Assembly: GCA_950097015.1 (NCBI GenBank)
Contig: CATNEN010000027.1
Coordinates: 496,001-560,000 of the forward strand
Direction: 5' to 3'
From: Macrostomum hystrix
Lineage: Eukaryota > Animalia > Platyhelminthes
Length of the DNA: 64,000 bases
Below are positions 44,361-57,538 of this stretch, one piece after another. Numbering within the stretch: the first letter of the stretch is position 1; every line of letters begins with the position of its first letter. Below the pieces are notes generated by a model. It saw nothing but the letters and a program-made list of their open reading frames with translations. It was not told where the DNA came from and ran no database searches. Both the position numbers and the translations under genes were made by a program.

Positions 44361-45447
44361 AACCCCACCTTGGTTTGTAGTCACTAAGGCGCACTAATTC
44401 GCTCGGAAAGGCACAAAACGAAATTGTCTGCTAGGCTACAAACCAAGGTAGGGGGTTTGTAGCCAAGCAGAAAGTTTCAGTTTCGCGCCATTGCGAGCGT
44501 ATCGTTTTGGGATATTTTCAGAATTGTACAATCTCACCCATCTCGCCAAATAGGTCTACCTTAATTGACGTCACAGAAACACCAACCTGCAACATAACAA
44601 TTGTCTCCGCTATTTACAATATTGTTAGGAAAATAGAGGAGACTAAATATACGACAGCACAGAGTGATTGACTGTCGGGTCTGTTTGATTGACAAAAGTC
44701 CCCCCCGCGAGAAAAATTTCCCATGAAGGACAGATGTATACACAGATCCTACCCTCCCCCCGGTTGCATGTCAGCTAAAATGATTGCTTCAGCGCTGCAG
44801 AAGTAAAGGGACAACGGGACAAAGGGACAAGCTAGCAAGAAAATTGGCCAAACTTTCCTAGAATATCTGAATCTTTAATAGAATATCTGAATCCCACCTA
44901 GAATATCTGAATATTTATTAGAAAATCTGCCAAAATTTCCAAGAAAATCTGCCAAACTTTCCTAGAATATCTGAATCTTTCTTAGAAAATGTGAAAATGT
45001 AAATATGTGAAATCTTTCCAAGAATAGCTCAATCTTTCTTAGAAAATCTGGCAAACTTTCCTAGAATATCTTAATATTTTCTAGAATATGTTAATATTTC
45101 CTAGAATATCTAGATGTCATAGAAAATCTGCCAATTTCTGTTATAAAATCGGCCAAATTTCGTAGAAAATCTGCTAAACTTTCCTAGAATATAAGAATCA
45201 TTCTTAGAATCCTCGAATCACTCGAGTAATCTGGAAATATTTCCGACACTTTTAGAATCTCCCAATTCTCACCAGAGGGCAAGAAAACGAAAAAAAAATG
45301 TTTTATTCTTCTCGTAGTTCTAATTATCTGAATTCTTTTTAATATGAAGGCCACATGACGAGCTGAGTTATGGAAATTCAATTGGGGATTAATCAAGTTC
45401 TCTCGCCTATGCCGGGCTGCAAATTAATCAGCTGCCGGACATTTCAG

Positions 45448-48400
45448 CTCGCTCAGTATCTATCACTATTACTATCTGTCTCCATGGTTGGTATGTTTGA
45501 GGAATAATTAACAGCAGAGGAACTAACTCTCAAATATTATCTAATATGTAATCAGTGTGAGTTATGTGTGATACACCAGCATAGAATCAGTGTGAGTTAT
45601 GTGTGATACACCAGCATAGAATCACTGTGAGTAATGTGTGATACACCAGCATAGAATCACTGTGAGTAATGTGTGATACACCAGCATAGAATCAGTGTGA
45701 GTAATGTGTGATACACCAGCATAGAATCACTGTGAGTAATGTGTGATACACCAGCATAGAATCACTGTGAGTAATGTGTGATACACCAGCATAGAATCAG
45801 TGTGAGTAATGTGTGATACACCAGCATAGAATCACTGTGAGTAATGTGTGATACACCAGCATAGAATCACTGTGAGTTATGTGTGATACACCAGCATAGA
45901 ATCACTGTGAGTAATGTGTGATACACCAGCATAGAATCACTGTGAGTTATGTGTGATACACCAGCATAGAATCAGTGTGAGTAATGTGTGATACACCAGC
46001 ATAGAATCACTGTGAGTAATGTGTGATACACCAGCATAGAATCACTGTGAGTAATGTGTGATACACCAGCATAGAATCAGTGTGAGTAATGTGTGATACA
46101 CCAGCATAGAATCACTGTGAGTAATGTGTGATACACCAGCATAGAAATCACTGTGAGTAATGTGTGATACACCAGCATAGAATCACTGTGAGTAATGTGT
46201 GATACACCAGCATAGAATCAGTGTGAGTTATGTGTGATACACCAGCATAGAATCAGTGTGAGTAATGTGTGATACACCAGCATAGAATCACTGTGAGTAA
46301 TGTGTGATACACCAGCATAGAATCACTGTGAGTTATGTGTGATACACCAGCATAGAATCACTGTGAGTAATGTGTGATACACCAGCATAGAATCAGTGTG
46401 AGTTATGTGTGATACACCAGCATAGAATCAGTGTGAGTAATGTGTGATACACCAGCATAGAATCACTGTGAGTAATGTGTGATACACCAGCATAGAATCA
46501 CTGTGAGTTATGTGTGATACACCAGCATAGAATCAGTGTGAGTAATGTGTGATACACCAGCATAGAATCACTGTGAGTAATGTGTGATACACCAGCATAG
46601 AATCACTGTGAGTTATGTGTGATACACCAGCATAGAATCACTGTGAGTAATGTGTGATACACCAGCATAGAATCACTGTGAGTTATGTGTGATACACCAG
46701 CATAGAATCAGTGTGAGTAATGTGTGATACACCAGCATAGAATCACTGTGAGTAATGTGTGATACACCAGCATAGAATCACTGTGAGTAATGTGTGATAC
46801 ACCAGCATAGAATCAGTGTGAGTAATGTGTGATACACCAGCATAGAATCACTGTGAGTAATGTGTGATACACCAGCATAGAATCACTGTGAGTAATGTGT
46901 GATACACCAGCATAGAATCACTGTGAATTATGTGTGATACACCAGCATAGAATCACTGTGAGTAATGTGTGATACACCAGCATAGAATCACTGTGAGTAA
47001 TGTGTGATACACCAGCATAGAATCAGTGTGAGTTATGTGTGATACACCAGCATAGAATCAGTGTGAGTAATGTGTGATACACCAGCATAGAATCACTGTG
47101 AGTTATGTGTGATACACCAGCATAGAATCAGTGTGAGTAATGTGTGATACACCAGCATAGAATCACTGTGAGTAATGTGTGATACACCAGCATAGAATCA
47201 CTGTGAGTAATGTGTGATACACCAGCATAGAATCACTGTGAGTAATGTGTGATACACCAGCATAGAATCACTGTGAGTAATGTGTGATACACCAGCATAG
47301 AATCACTGTGAGTAATGTGTGATACACCAGCATAGAATCACTGTGAATTATGTGTGATACACCAGCATAGAATCAGTGTGAGTAATGTGTGATACACCAG
47401 CATAGAATCACTGTGAGTAATGTGTGATACACCAGCATAGAATCAGTGTGAGTAATGTGTGATACACCAGCATAGAATCACTGTGAGTAATGTGTGATAC
47501 ACCAGCATAGAATCACTGTGAGTAATGTGTGATACACCAGCATAGAATCACTGTGAGTAATGTGTGATACACCAGCATAGAATCACTGTGAGTAATGTGT
47601 GATACACCAGCATAGAATCACTGTGAGTAATGTGTGATACACCAGCATAGAATCACTGATGAGTAATGTGTGATACACCAGCATAGAATCACTGTGAGTA
47701 ATGTGTGATACACCAGCATAGAATCACTGTGAGTAATGTGTGATACACCAGCATAGAATCAGTGTGAGTAATGTGTGATACACCAGCATAGAATCACTGT
47801 GAGTAATGTGTGATACACCAGCATAGAATCACTGTGAGTAATGTGTGATACACCAGCATAGAATCACTGTGAGTAATGTGTGATACACCAGCATAGAATC
47901 ACTGTGAGTAATGTGTGATACACCAGCATAGAATCACTGTGAGTAAATGTGTGATACACCAGCATAGAATCACTGTGAGTAATGTGTGATACACCAGCAT
48001 AGAATCACTGAGAGTAATGTGTGATACACCAGCATAGAATCACTGTGAGAAATGTGTGATACACCAGCATAGAATCACTGTGAGTAATGTGTGATACACC
48101 AGCATAGAATCAGTGTGAGTAATGTGTGATACACCAGCATAGAATCACTGTGAGAAATGTGTGATACACCAGCATAGAATCACTGTGAGTAATGTGTGAT
48201 ACACCAGCATAGAATCACTGTGAGTAATGTGTGATACACCAGCATAGAATCACTGTGAGAAATGTGTGATACACCAGCATAGAATCACTGTGAGTAATGT
48301 GTGATACACCAGCATAGAATCACTGTGAGTAATGTGTGATACACCAGCATAGAATCACTGTGAGAAATGTGTGATACACCAGCATAGAATCACTGTGAGT

Positions 48401-49631
48401 AATGTGTGATACACCAGCATAGAATCACTGTGAGTAATGTGTGATACACCAGCATAGAATCACTGAGAGTAATGTGTGATACACCAGCATAGAATCACTG
48501 TGAGAAATGTGTGATACACCAGCATAGAATCACTGTGAGTAATGTGTGATACACCAGCATAGAATCACTGTGAGTAATGTGTGATACACCAGCATAGAAT
48601 CACTGAGAGTAATGTGTGATACACCAGCATAGAATCACTGTGAGAAATGTGTGATACACCAGCATAGAATCACTGTGAGTAATGTGTGATACACCAGCAT
48701 AGAATCAGTGTGAGTAATGTGTGATACACCAGCATAGAATCACTGTGAGAAATGTGTGATAAACCAGCATAGAATCACTGTGAGTAATGTGTGATACACC
48801 AGCATAGAATCACTGTGAGTAATGTGTGATACACCAGCATAGAATCACTGTGAGTAATGTGTGATACACCAGCATAGAATCACTGTGAGTAATGTGTGAT
48901 ACACCAGCATAGAATCACTGTGAGAAATGTGTGATACACCAGCATAGAATCACTGTGAGTAATGTGTGATACACCAGCATAGAATCACTGTGAGTAATGT
49001 GTGATACACCAGCATAGAATCACTGAGAGTAATGTGTGATACACCAGCATAGAATCACTGTGAGAAATGTGTGATACACCAGCATAGAATCACTGTGAGT
49101 AATGTGTGATACACCAGCATAGAATCACTGTGAGAAATGTGTGATATACCAGCATAGAATCACTGTGAGTAATGTGTGATACACCAGCATAGAATCACTG
49201 TGAGTAATGTGTGATACACCAGCATAGAATCACTGTGAGAAATGTGTGATACACCAGCATGGAATCACTGTGAGTAATGTGTGATACACCAGCATAGAAT
49301 CACTGTGAGTAATGTGTGATACACCAGCATAGAATCACTGTGAGTAATGTGTGATACACCAGCATAGAATCACTGTGAGTAATGTGTGATACACCAGCAT
49401 AGAATCAGTGTGAGTAATGTGTGATACACCAGCAAACTTGTGAAATAGTGAATGTACTTTATTTATTTTTTAGATGAACAGTTGTTGACCTCTAAAAAGT
49501 AAATCACGTGTTTCTTATTAGAGTCTTAGCTGCATGGTTAGTCAATACGGGTGTTTGACTGCAGTGTTCACAAGCTGGAAGGTGTTGCTGCACTCATAGG
49601 TTGTGGCGGATGCGAAATTAAAGGACCACAG
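45448..49631 (+). CDS. Candidate fragment of an unrecognised multi-exon gene (3 short in-frame exons)
   Basis: Exons 45448-45490 (|gtatgt), 49474-49498 (ttttttag| ... |gtaaat) and 49565-49631 (|gtaagt) join in frame as LAQYLSLLLSVSMVDEQLLTSKNVHKLEGVAALIGCGGCEIKGPQ. No homolog recognised; no start or stop exon found. Confidence 0.35.
45551..49434. repeat. 35-bp satellite array, ~3.9 kb, ~110 highly homogeneous copies
   Basis: Unit agcatagaatcactgtgagtaatgtgtgatacacc. Confidence 0.97.
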
Positions 49632-49887
49632 GTAAGTCGTGATTAAATTTTAACGGAAATTAAAAAGACTGGCAGGCTACGGTGCACACTGGCTGGCCAG
49701 ATGGAATTAAGCCCCAGCATCAGACACACGGCGGGACTGTAAGTTTAATACAATTCAGTTTAACTTTCAAAGTTTTAAACATTGGTATTGCACTTTCTTT
49801 ACTGCTACCAACATCAAAGCAGACTGGAGCAGCGAGGAGAGACTGAACTACAGTCGCTAATTACAATCCCTACGGGAAAGCGGAGTA

Positions 49888-50476
49888 GGAATCGAAGCAG
49901 GAATTGTATCAAGAATCGAAGCAGGAATCGTATCAAGAATCGAAGCAGGAATCGTACGAAGAATCGAAGCAGGAATTGTATCAAGAATCGAAGCAGGAAT
50001 TGTGTCAAGAATCGAAGAAGGAATAGTATCAAGAATCGAAGAAGGAATCGTATCAAGAATCAAAGAAGGAATCGTATCAAGAATCGAAGAAGGAATCGTA
50101 TCAATAATCGAAGCAGGAATCGTATCAAGAATCGAAGCAGGAATCGTATCAAGAATCGAAGCAGGAATCGTGTCAAGAATCGAAGCAGGAATCGTGTCAA
50201 GGATCGAAGCAGGAATCGTATCAAGAATCGAAGCAGGAATTGTATCAAGAATCGAAGCAGGAATTGTGTCAATAATCGAAGAAGGAATCGTATCAAGAAT
50301 CGAAGAAGGAATCGTATCAAGAATCGAAGAAGGAATCGTATCAAGAGACGAAGCAGGAATCGTGTCAAGAATTGAAGCAGGAATCGTGTCAAGAATCGAA
50401 GAAGGAATCGTATCAAGAATCGAAGCAGGAATCGTGTCAAGAATCGAAGAAGGAATCGTATCTAGAATCGAAGCAA
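49888..50476. repeat. 24-bp minisatellite, ~24 copies
   Basis: Unit gaatcgtatcaagaatcgaagcag; dispersed copies at ~50570-50612, ~50690 and ~55750-55880. Confidence 0.95.
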
Positions 50477-51282
50477 GAGCCTAGGGGCTAGAACTGCAAC
50501 TGGAGCTATAGTTATAATCGAAGCAACAGTGGTATTAATAATTAAATCAGAAATCATATAAATAATTGAATCAGGAATCGTATCAAGAATCGAAGCAGGA
50601 ATCGTATCAAGAATCACAACTATAATCACAGCTGTTTTAGCATTAAATTAAAGCATTAGTCGAGGCTAGAAGTGAGCTGTAGCTGTCTCAAGAATCGAAG
50701 CAGGATCGGCTTTAAGAATCGTACTCTTGAGAGTTTCAGAAAAAAACAAACGATGAAAAAATGCAGCAAAGCAAGTAATACGAGTTACTTAGTTACCATG
50801 TACAATAAAATGAAGATTAACACATGTATACATATTTTTATTTTGACTCTGAAAATCTAGCTTCACAACAATAGAAGGTCAGCCAAGACAGAAATAATAG
50901 CGTTTTACTCAAATAAAGCAACTACTATACGAATAACAGTGCATACTACTCAATATAGCGCATGAGCGAGTAGCATAGTGAGCGAATGGCGAAGAAACAA
51001 CAAAATTTCATTTATGGCATGACAGATCGGTCATTAGCTCGTAACAACATAAAATGAAACATAATTTTTCTTAGTCTGACTTATCTTCAATGTTTACAAG
51101 TTTACTTCAATGCGGGATTTCGGATCATTTTTATTGAGATTTTTTTGGGATTTATGTTCATTTTGGGATTTAGAATAATTTTGGGATTTATGATCATTTA
51201 GGGGTTTAGAATCATTTTTATTTAGGATAATTTTAGGATTTCGGATAATTTTGGGATTTAGGATCATCTAGGGATTTTAAAT

Positions 51283-51448
51283 CATGACGAATGTTGGAGA
51301 ATTGGGATTAGGATCATGGTGAATGTTGGAGAATTGGGATTTAGGATCATGGTGAATGTTGGAGAATTGGGATTTAGGATCATGGTGAATGTTGGAGAAT
51401 TGGGATTTAGGATCATGGTGAATGTTGGAGAATTGGGATTTAGGATCA
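51283..51448. repeat. 33-bp minisatellite, ~5 copies
   Basis: Unit gaatgttggagaattgggatttaggatcatggt, preceded by degenerate gggatttaggatcattt repeats. Confidence 0.88.
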
Positions 51449-51653
51449 CGGGGATGTGGGATAATTTAGAATTTCGGATCATAGAAATTTCGGACCCTTG
51501 GGGTTTTATATTAGTTGTTGGCTGTAAGCTTTGAGTGTGAATGATTCGCAAAAGAAATATATATTTTTCAAATAAACAACTGCGACTCCAGGCAAACTCA
51601 AATATATCCTAACCATGCTGAAACAGACAAGAAAAGTTGAGTCTGTGAGGTAG

Positions 51654-52193
51654 CTATTTGGCCTGTAGGGCCAGCACATACTCGTTGAGTCGCTCAGCGA
51701 ACAGTCGGCTAGTGATTGGGTCGCCCAGTCTGCACTCGGGGTTGCGCACCACGCAGGGCACGTAGATGCTGGAATAGATGTACTCCAACTGTTGCCGCAT
51801 TGACCCAGCCATTCTGTCTGTGTTTAGGACAATCTTTAAACCGGTGGGTACATCTAATAAATGAAATTTGTACTGGCTGGTGACATAGGCCAAGTAGGCG
51901 GTGTCTTTGATCTCGCCAATTGGGCACAGTTTGGCTGCAAGTGTGCGAATGCTGTAGATAAGGCCATACATTAGCCTGACTTTGTCATCGTAATCAGATG
52001 CATCCTGCTGCTGCTGCAGCTGAGTCTGCTGTTGCTGCTGCTGCTGCTGTTGAGGCCATTCGCAGTAGTATAAACAGGCGCCATTCTTATCAAATAGGTA
52101 AACATTGTGCACAGTGACAGGGGGAGATTGCGAATTGCTGCCAGTTTGTGCTGGCATGGGTGCCGATGATGCCAAGCTGATCTGGTGACTCAT
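51654..52193 (-). CDS. TRAPPC1: Trafficking protein particle complex subunit 1 (Bet5, longin fold), single coding exon, 179 aa
   Basis: TVHNVYLFDKNGACLYYCEW, RLMYGLIYSIR, TSQYKFH...PTGLKIVLNTD, IYSSIYVPCVVRNP; ATG at 52193 preceded by a tttcaatttcag acceptor. Confidence 0.92.
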   Translation of the reverse strand: MSHQISLASSAPMPAQTGSNSQSPPVTVHNVYLFDKNGACLYYCEWPQQQQQQQQQTQLQQQQDASDYDDKVRLMYGLIYSIRTLAAKLCPIGEIKDTAYLAYVTSQYKFHLLDVPTGLKIVLNTDRMAGSMRQQLEYIYSSIYVPCVVRNPECRLGDPITSRLFAERLNEYVLALQAK

Positions 52194-54300
52194 TGTCACT
52201 GAAATTGAAAAAATACTTATTAAATTAAGATATCTTATATAAAAAATCAATTAGCTACCAAAACTTTGAAATCATAAGGCCTAGCTAGTTGGATTTTAAA
52301 GTAACACCAAATTACCAACATGAAAAACTGCAATCAGCAAGCTATTTTTTGTAATTTGTATTTAACAATTTAACAATTAAGCTGCAATATAATGAACTGA
52401 ATTGTAATGTATAGAACTGAACTGAATAAAGACCATTAAATATATGCCAGTTTTATAAATAAATGCCAATGTTTTTGGTTGCTAGGTGACAAGTTAATCC
52501 ATCACTTAAGCCTTTTATAGTAATATTTTTATCAGATAACTAACTTCTTTAATATTTTGTTTTCTTTGCTTCATAAAAATGAAACAAGACTACCTAAAAA
52601 ATGGCAACCACTTTAAAAAAGCTGCTCGGTAATCCTAAAAAAAACTTTAGGTTTTCCAATTGACTTCAAACTTTGCCCACTGTCATTGGTTGTTGACTTC
52701 TATCTAATATAGCTTACCTATACATTTTAATGCATATATGTAAAGTAGTTGGTAGTAGTTTGCTCATTGATTTATAATATTAAACTAGTCCAGATTTACC
52801 AAACTTTATAAACATTGTTTATTTCTGAATAAATTTAAAACAACATGAGCTTCATTGCAAAATCTAGTAGCTGCTATCATTGTTATCATTGTCATGGTAT
52901 ATGATTCCTATATATAAGAGTACTCACAAAAACACTTAGGCAAACCCTATAATACTATTATGTAGGATTAATCTTCAATAGGTCTCTATGCCTCTATTTA
53001 AGTTTTAAAAACATATTTAATATTCACACACAATTTACCCAACCCAAAAGCCCATAATCACTGTCCCACTCCCACTAAGTCTGGTATTCCTATTCATTGG
53101 GAACCCACAAAAGACCTTAGTGGTAGGCCTATCCTATAATAAATATGATTAATATTCAGTAGGCCCTCTTGACTCTATGGAAGTTTAATTCTATTTATCT
53201 GAGCTATTATCGCACAGATAAAATAATACCCAACCAAAAATTGCTTTCAAGAATGGATCCCTTTTCCCCATGTCTGACTAAGAGTAGTTATCCTGTGATA
53301 TCCATTCCATAGAAATTGGTAGTAGGTAAGACAAAATGGTTTAACTCAGCACCCCTATAAACCAAAATTTATGTATGAACCTACTAAAACTGGAACTATT
53401 TTTAAGGATTTAATTTTAAGAAACCAATAGCAATGATATATAGCTTGTAAAAAATAATAGAATCATGGGCAAACTGTTCATAACTTTATAGGACTTCTAC
53501 ACTAGGGCCCCTATGCTATGGCAATTTCTAGGGTAATTCGTGAGATGAAAACTATTAATCGTTTTATGTAGTTAACAACACATTAGGCCTAGTCAGTGTT
53601 GGATAGGAGCAAAGTTTAAAACGTTAGCAACATTTTACTGTGCAGTAAAAACCGCTAACTTTACTGCATAGTAATGTCCAAACGCATTACACTGTGGTGA
53701 AGTTAGCCATTTTTCCCACGTGGTAGAATGTCGCTAACATAAGTTTAAAGCTGTTATTCTTTTATGCATAGAGAAAATGAAATTATTTTTTTGGTAATTC
53801 ATATTTGTTGTATCAGAAGATTTGTTAGGCCCTAAGCTTCGCTGCAATTGAATAGTTATTTTCAAAGTTACAATGCCCTTGTTTGAATGTAAATGTGAAT
53901 GTCTATTGGGAATTCTGTATGTTTTTTGTACTTTGTACCAGGGTTTTTATGCAAATAGGGTGTAATTTACACCCTGAAATTCGGATTTGCACCCACTTTT
54001 TTGGCACTGGATCCAACTTGTGCATCTGCATTTTTTTAGATCAAGATGTATGCAAGTCATTTTTTGGCATAAGTTACAAACAAAACATCACATATAAATA
54101 TATTGTAAATAATGAAACAATAAGATTATTAATTATCCATCCCAACAAAATTCGCAAATTTAGACCTAGATGCAAGTTGCATCCTGGTTTTCATATTTGC
54201 ATCCATTTTTTAAGCTTGAGATGCAAGCTTGCATCCACATTTGTGGCAGAAAAGAACCCTGCTTCGTACTTTCCAGCCGTGTTGACGACTCTTAGGCTAC

Positions 54301-55243
54301 ATCGAACATGCGCGACGGTCGCCTAATAGGCAACTCCGAACATGTTCTTTGTTCCGAGAACATGTTCTTTTAAGGCTAGGCCCCTACTTAATGTAAAAAA
54401 CATGGCAGTGCTTATCCCCACGGTACCGTGGAAATAATTTTTGTCTTATTCCTACGGTACCGTGGGAATAATTTCCTGCTTATCCGCACGGCACACTGAC
54501 GAGATAGCTGTCCTATCTTCAACATATTCCGTTGGCACTGTCAGACATTTTTTATGGACCTATTTTAACTTGGCCTAGAATAAAGTAATAGACTGGATTA
54601 TAGACTTAGAAGGCTTGAGCTATAAGATTAGAAAAATACACACTTCAGTTGTATTCTTTTGAATATATAAATAATAGAAATATATATTTTATATACTTAA
54701 AAAAGCCACCGTATTGGTTAACTAATTGCGAAAAAAGCAGAAAACTTTAATTTGTTTACTTGCTTTTAAAAACCGGAAGAAAAAAAGGAAAATTGCAGTC
54801 ATGATAATAAGATAGATGATAGGACAGCTATCTTGTCAGTGTGCCGTGCGGATAAGCAGGAAATTATTCCCACGGTACCGTAGGAATAAGACAAAAATTA
54901 TTTCTACGGTACCGTGGGGATAAGCACTGCCAAAAAACATACTATAGATGTACATAAAGAAAAAGCGATGGCCTTTACAGACCAAAAAAGAAGACATAAT
55001 GGTAAAGATAACTGGGGCTTACAATGTCTGTAATTTACTGTAAAGTCTGTAAAATCTGCATACCAGCATTTAGCCTAAATGAGCCACCAATATATCTTTT
55101 TTTCAACAGCGCATATTATCGCGTGTTCAGTACCAGTGGTATTTAATATACATTAAGTAGCCTTATTAATTTAAAAGAACATGTTCTCGGAACAAAGAAC
55201 ATGTTCGGAGTTGCCTATTAGGCGACCTTCGCGCATGTTCGAT
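54301..55243. mobile_element. MITE with ~70-bp TIRs and possible 3-bp TSD (tac)
   Basis: atcgaacatgcgcgacggtcgcctaataggcaactccgaacatgttctttgttccgagaacatgttcttt at the left end and its reverse complement (1 mismatch) at the right end; tac at 54298-54300 and 55244-55246. Confidence 0.78.
54404..54931. mobile_element. Mutator-like MITE (528 bp, ~115-bp TIRs, 9-bp TSD) nested in the 54301-55243 element
   Basis: TIR begins ggcagtgcttatccccacggtaccgt; TSD aaaaaacat at 54395-54403 and 54932-54940. Confidence 0.88.
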
Positions 55244-56326
55244 TACCGTTTCTTAGACCCTATCTCTGTCAACACTTTCGTACCATTCTAAGAAAGTATT
55301 CAAATTTAAAATCCTTTTGGAACAAATTGTTCATTCAAAGAATAGTTAAGCAGTTTAACTTCTTTGTTTGACGAAATATTGTCACAAAATGGTTAATTGT
55401 TTGTGAAGTTCTTTTAACGTTTTTTAGTAGCAAAAACTAAAAAATCCTTGCTATGACTAAAACTAAAATCCGGCGCACGGCTGGAATAATCGAAGAAGCA
55501 CTTGAAACTTGGCTAATCTATTGGTCCTTGGGTTAAATGCTGATAACGTGCTGGTGGCACGTAGCGGGGTGTCGCGGGTCATTTTACAAACTCGAAATTA
55601 TATAAAGTTCATGATTTTAATTTTATGAAGCTCCTGGCTTTCGAAGTGGTGAAATTTTGGCTTTGTGCCCCTGAAAATTTGCCCCTGCATCTATGTGCTA
55701 AGGTACAGGACATGTAAATAGCTGCATAGGTGCAGATAACTATAGATTAGAATCAAAGCAGGAATCGTATCAAGATTCGATGCAAGAGTCGCATCAACCA
55801 AGCGTCGAAGCAGTCAAAATCAGATCTGATCAGAATAAAAACTGTAGTTTAGTCGTATCTGGAATCGAAGCAGGAGTCGTGGCTATAGAATCCAAGGCTT
55901 ATTAAAGCTAACTGCTAGTGCATGGTTCTAAGCTTGAATCGCTGCTGTAGCTGTAGATAGAATCGCACTCTTGGGAGAACGATCATAAATTAAGAGTCAT
56001 TATTGTAACTCGGAACACAGAAAATCTATTAGTTTTTAACCCTGTAGCATATAGTAGTAATTGTTATATAGATACAGTTAGATCCATATAATTATAATAA
56101 ACATCATTACGACTGCGGTCTAAAGCCTAGAAGCTCGTATTTGGAAATATACACAACTAGAATAACCGATTTTGCCTTCGACCAATCTGGACAATTTCCA
56201 TGGTTAAGAACCGTCTATTAGAAATTGGATTTTCTCGGTATGCTAATAATTGAATAATAAAAAGTTTCGAAGCAGGAAATTGTAATTGTATAGTATTGCA
56301 GCCCAGGGTTCGGTCGCACTATGCAA

Positions 56327-56352
56327 ACACACACACACACACACACACACAC
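56327..56352. repeat. (CA)n microsatellite
   Basis: Directly visible. Confidence 0.9.
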
Positions 56353-57538
56353 CAGCCAGGCCCACCCCCGCACTCGCTTCTCCTTCCCCACCACTCCGTC
56401 CCCCTGGCAGGAGAGGAGGAAAACATTGGGGTGGTGTGCAGTGACAGGATTTGGAACTGCGGGTGCTGGTTGGCGCACGGTCGATTTGCAGCAATGGGGT
56501 TAATTCACTGTGTGCGCGATGCCCTGTTGTCATGGTTTCTAGTGTAGGAGAAAAAATACGTGCACTTTTCCTTCAAAGCTCGTCTTCTCACTTAGCTAAA
56601 TATTTTATTGTATTATTTTCAAAGCCTGAAGAATAGGCCTGAAGCGAGTGTCCTTCGACAGCCGTCATGATTTGAGAAAATAAATCCAATAAAATTTGGG
56701 CCTTTGCTTTCCTTTGCTTTTGGCCTTGGCCAGCAAGTCCATGGGATGTGCGTGGCGGTGCAATGCCAAGCAGCTAAAGCTATATTATATACTGGCTCGG
56801 TTGTGTACAATTCGGCCACGCCCTCATATTCTTCGCTCTAGCGGCCTAGCAGCGACCCGCGTTCGTTGGACTCACAAAACTTTAGCTTTAGCTTAGCACA
56901 TACAGTATAAGTTAGTTTTACATAGAAGAGAAATAAATACAGCAGAGTAGAGGAAGAAATGCAGGCGGTTGGGGGGAGATTTTTTGTTAGCAAAGGAAAT
57001 GAGACGCAGGAGAATGGGGCGGGTGAGTGAAGGACGAAAGCTTCGGGTTAGTGATCACGCATAAACTGCGTGACTATTTAGGCGCGGTCGCAGGCGGCTA
57101 TACCAGATATTTTAATAGAAGATACCCCAAAGCGGGTGTATGTACGCTAGAGCTATTTTTAGCAACTGAACGTCCCGAGAAACCCCGGAGAATTGAACGC
57201 CGACAGTTAAAGCAGAAAACGAGGGTGGCAGGCTAAGGACGAAGGGCGGCCTGGGAGGGTAAATCCAAGTCCATGCAGCCAAGTGGTGATAGCTGGGCGC
57301 TCGCTGGTTGGTTAGTTGGCCAGTATAATATAGAATAAGCCTGAGCGGGTATTAGCTTAGTATTGCTTGTCGTAAATGTGTCGAACCATCGACCTTTACT
57401 GCAACTAGCAAGCCTAAATCCTACTAAAAAGACACTACATGAGCAGCAATGCGTATTAGCCAAGACTAAGTTCTGATTTCTTAGATGAACTCGATAGAGG
57501 ACAAGGCTTTCTAGACCTTGGATGGTAGAACAGTTAAA

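Noticed and set aside
44560-44590. Minus-strand 27-nt micro-exon (VGVSVTSIK)
   Set aside because: Isolated AG/GT pair with no supporting neighbouring exons.
38395-49434. 32-bp and 35-bp arrays as CRISPR arrays
   Set aside because: Units are head-to-tail with no unique spacers, there are no cas genes, and the context is eukaryotic.
49782-50484. Arg-rich (RNRIKNRS)n protamine-like ORFs
   Set aside because: Translations of the 24-bp minisatellite; open in several frames.
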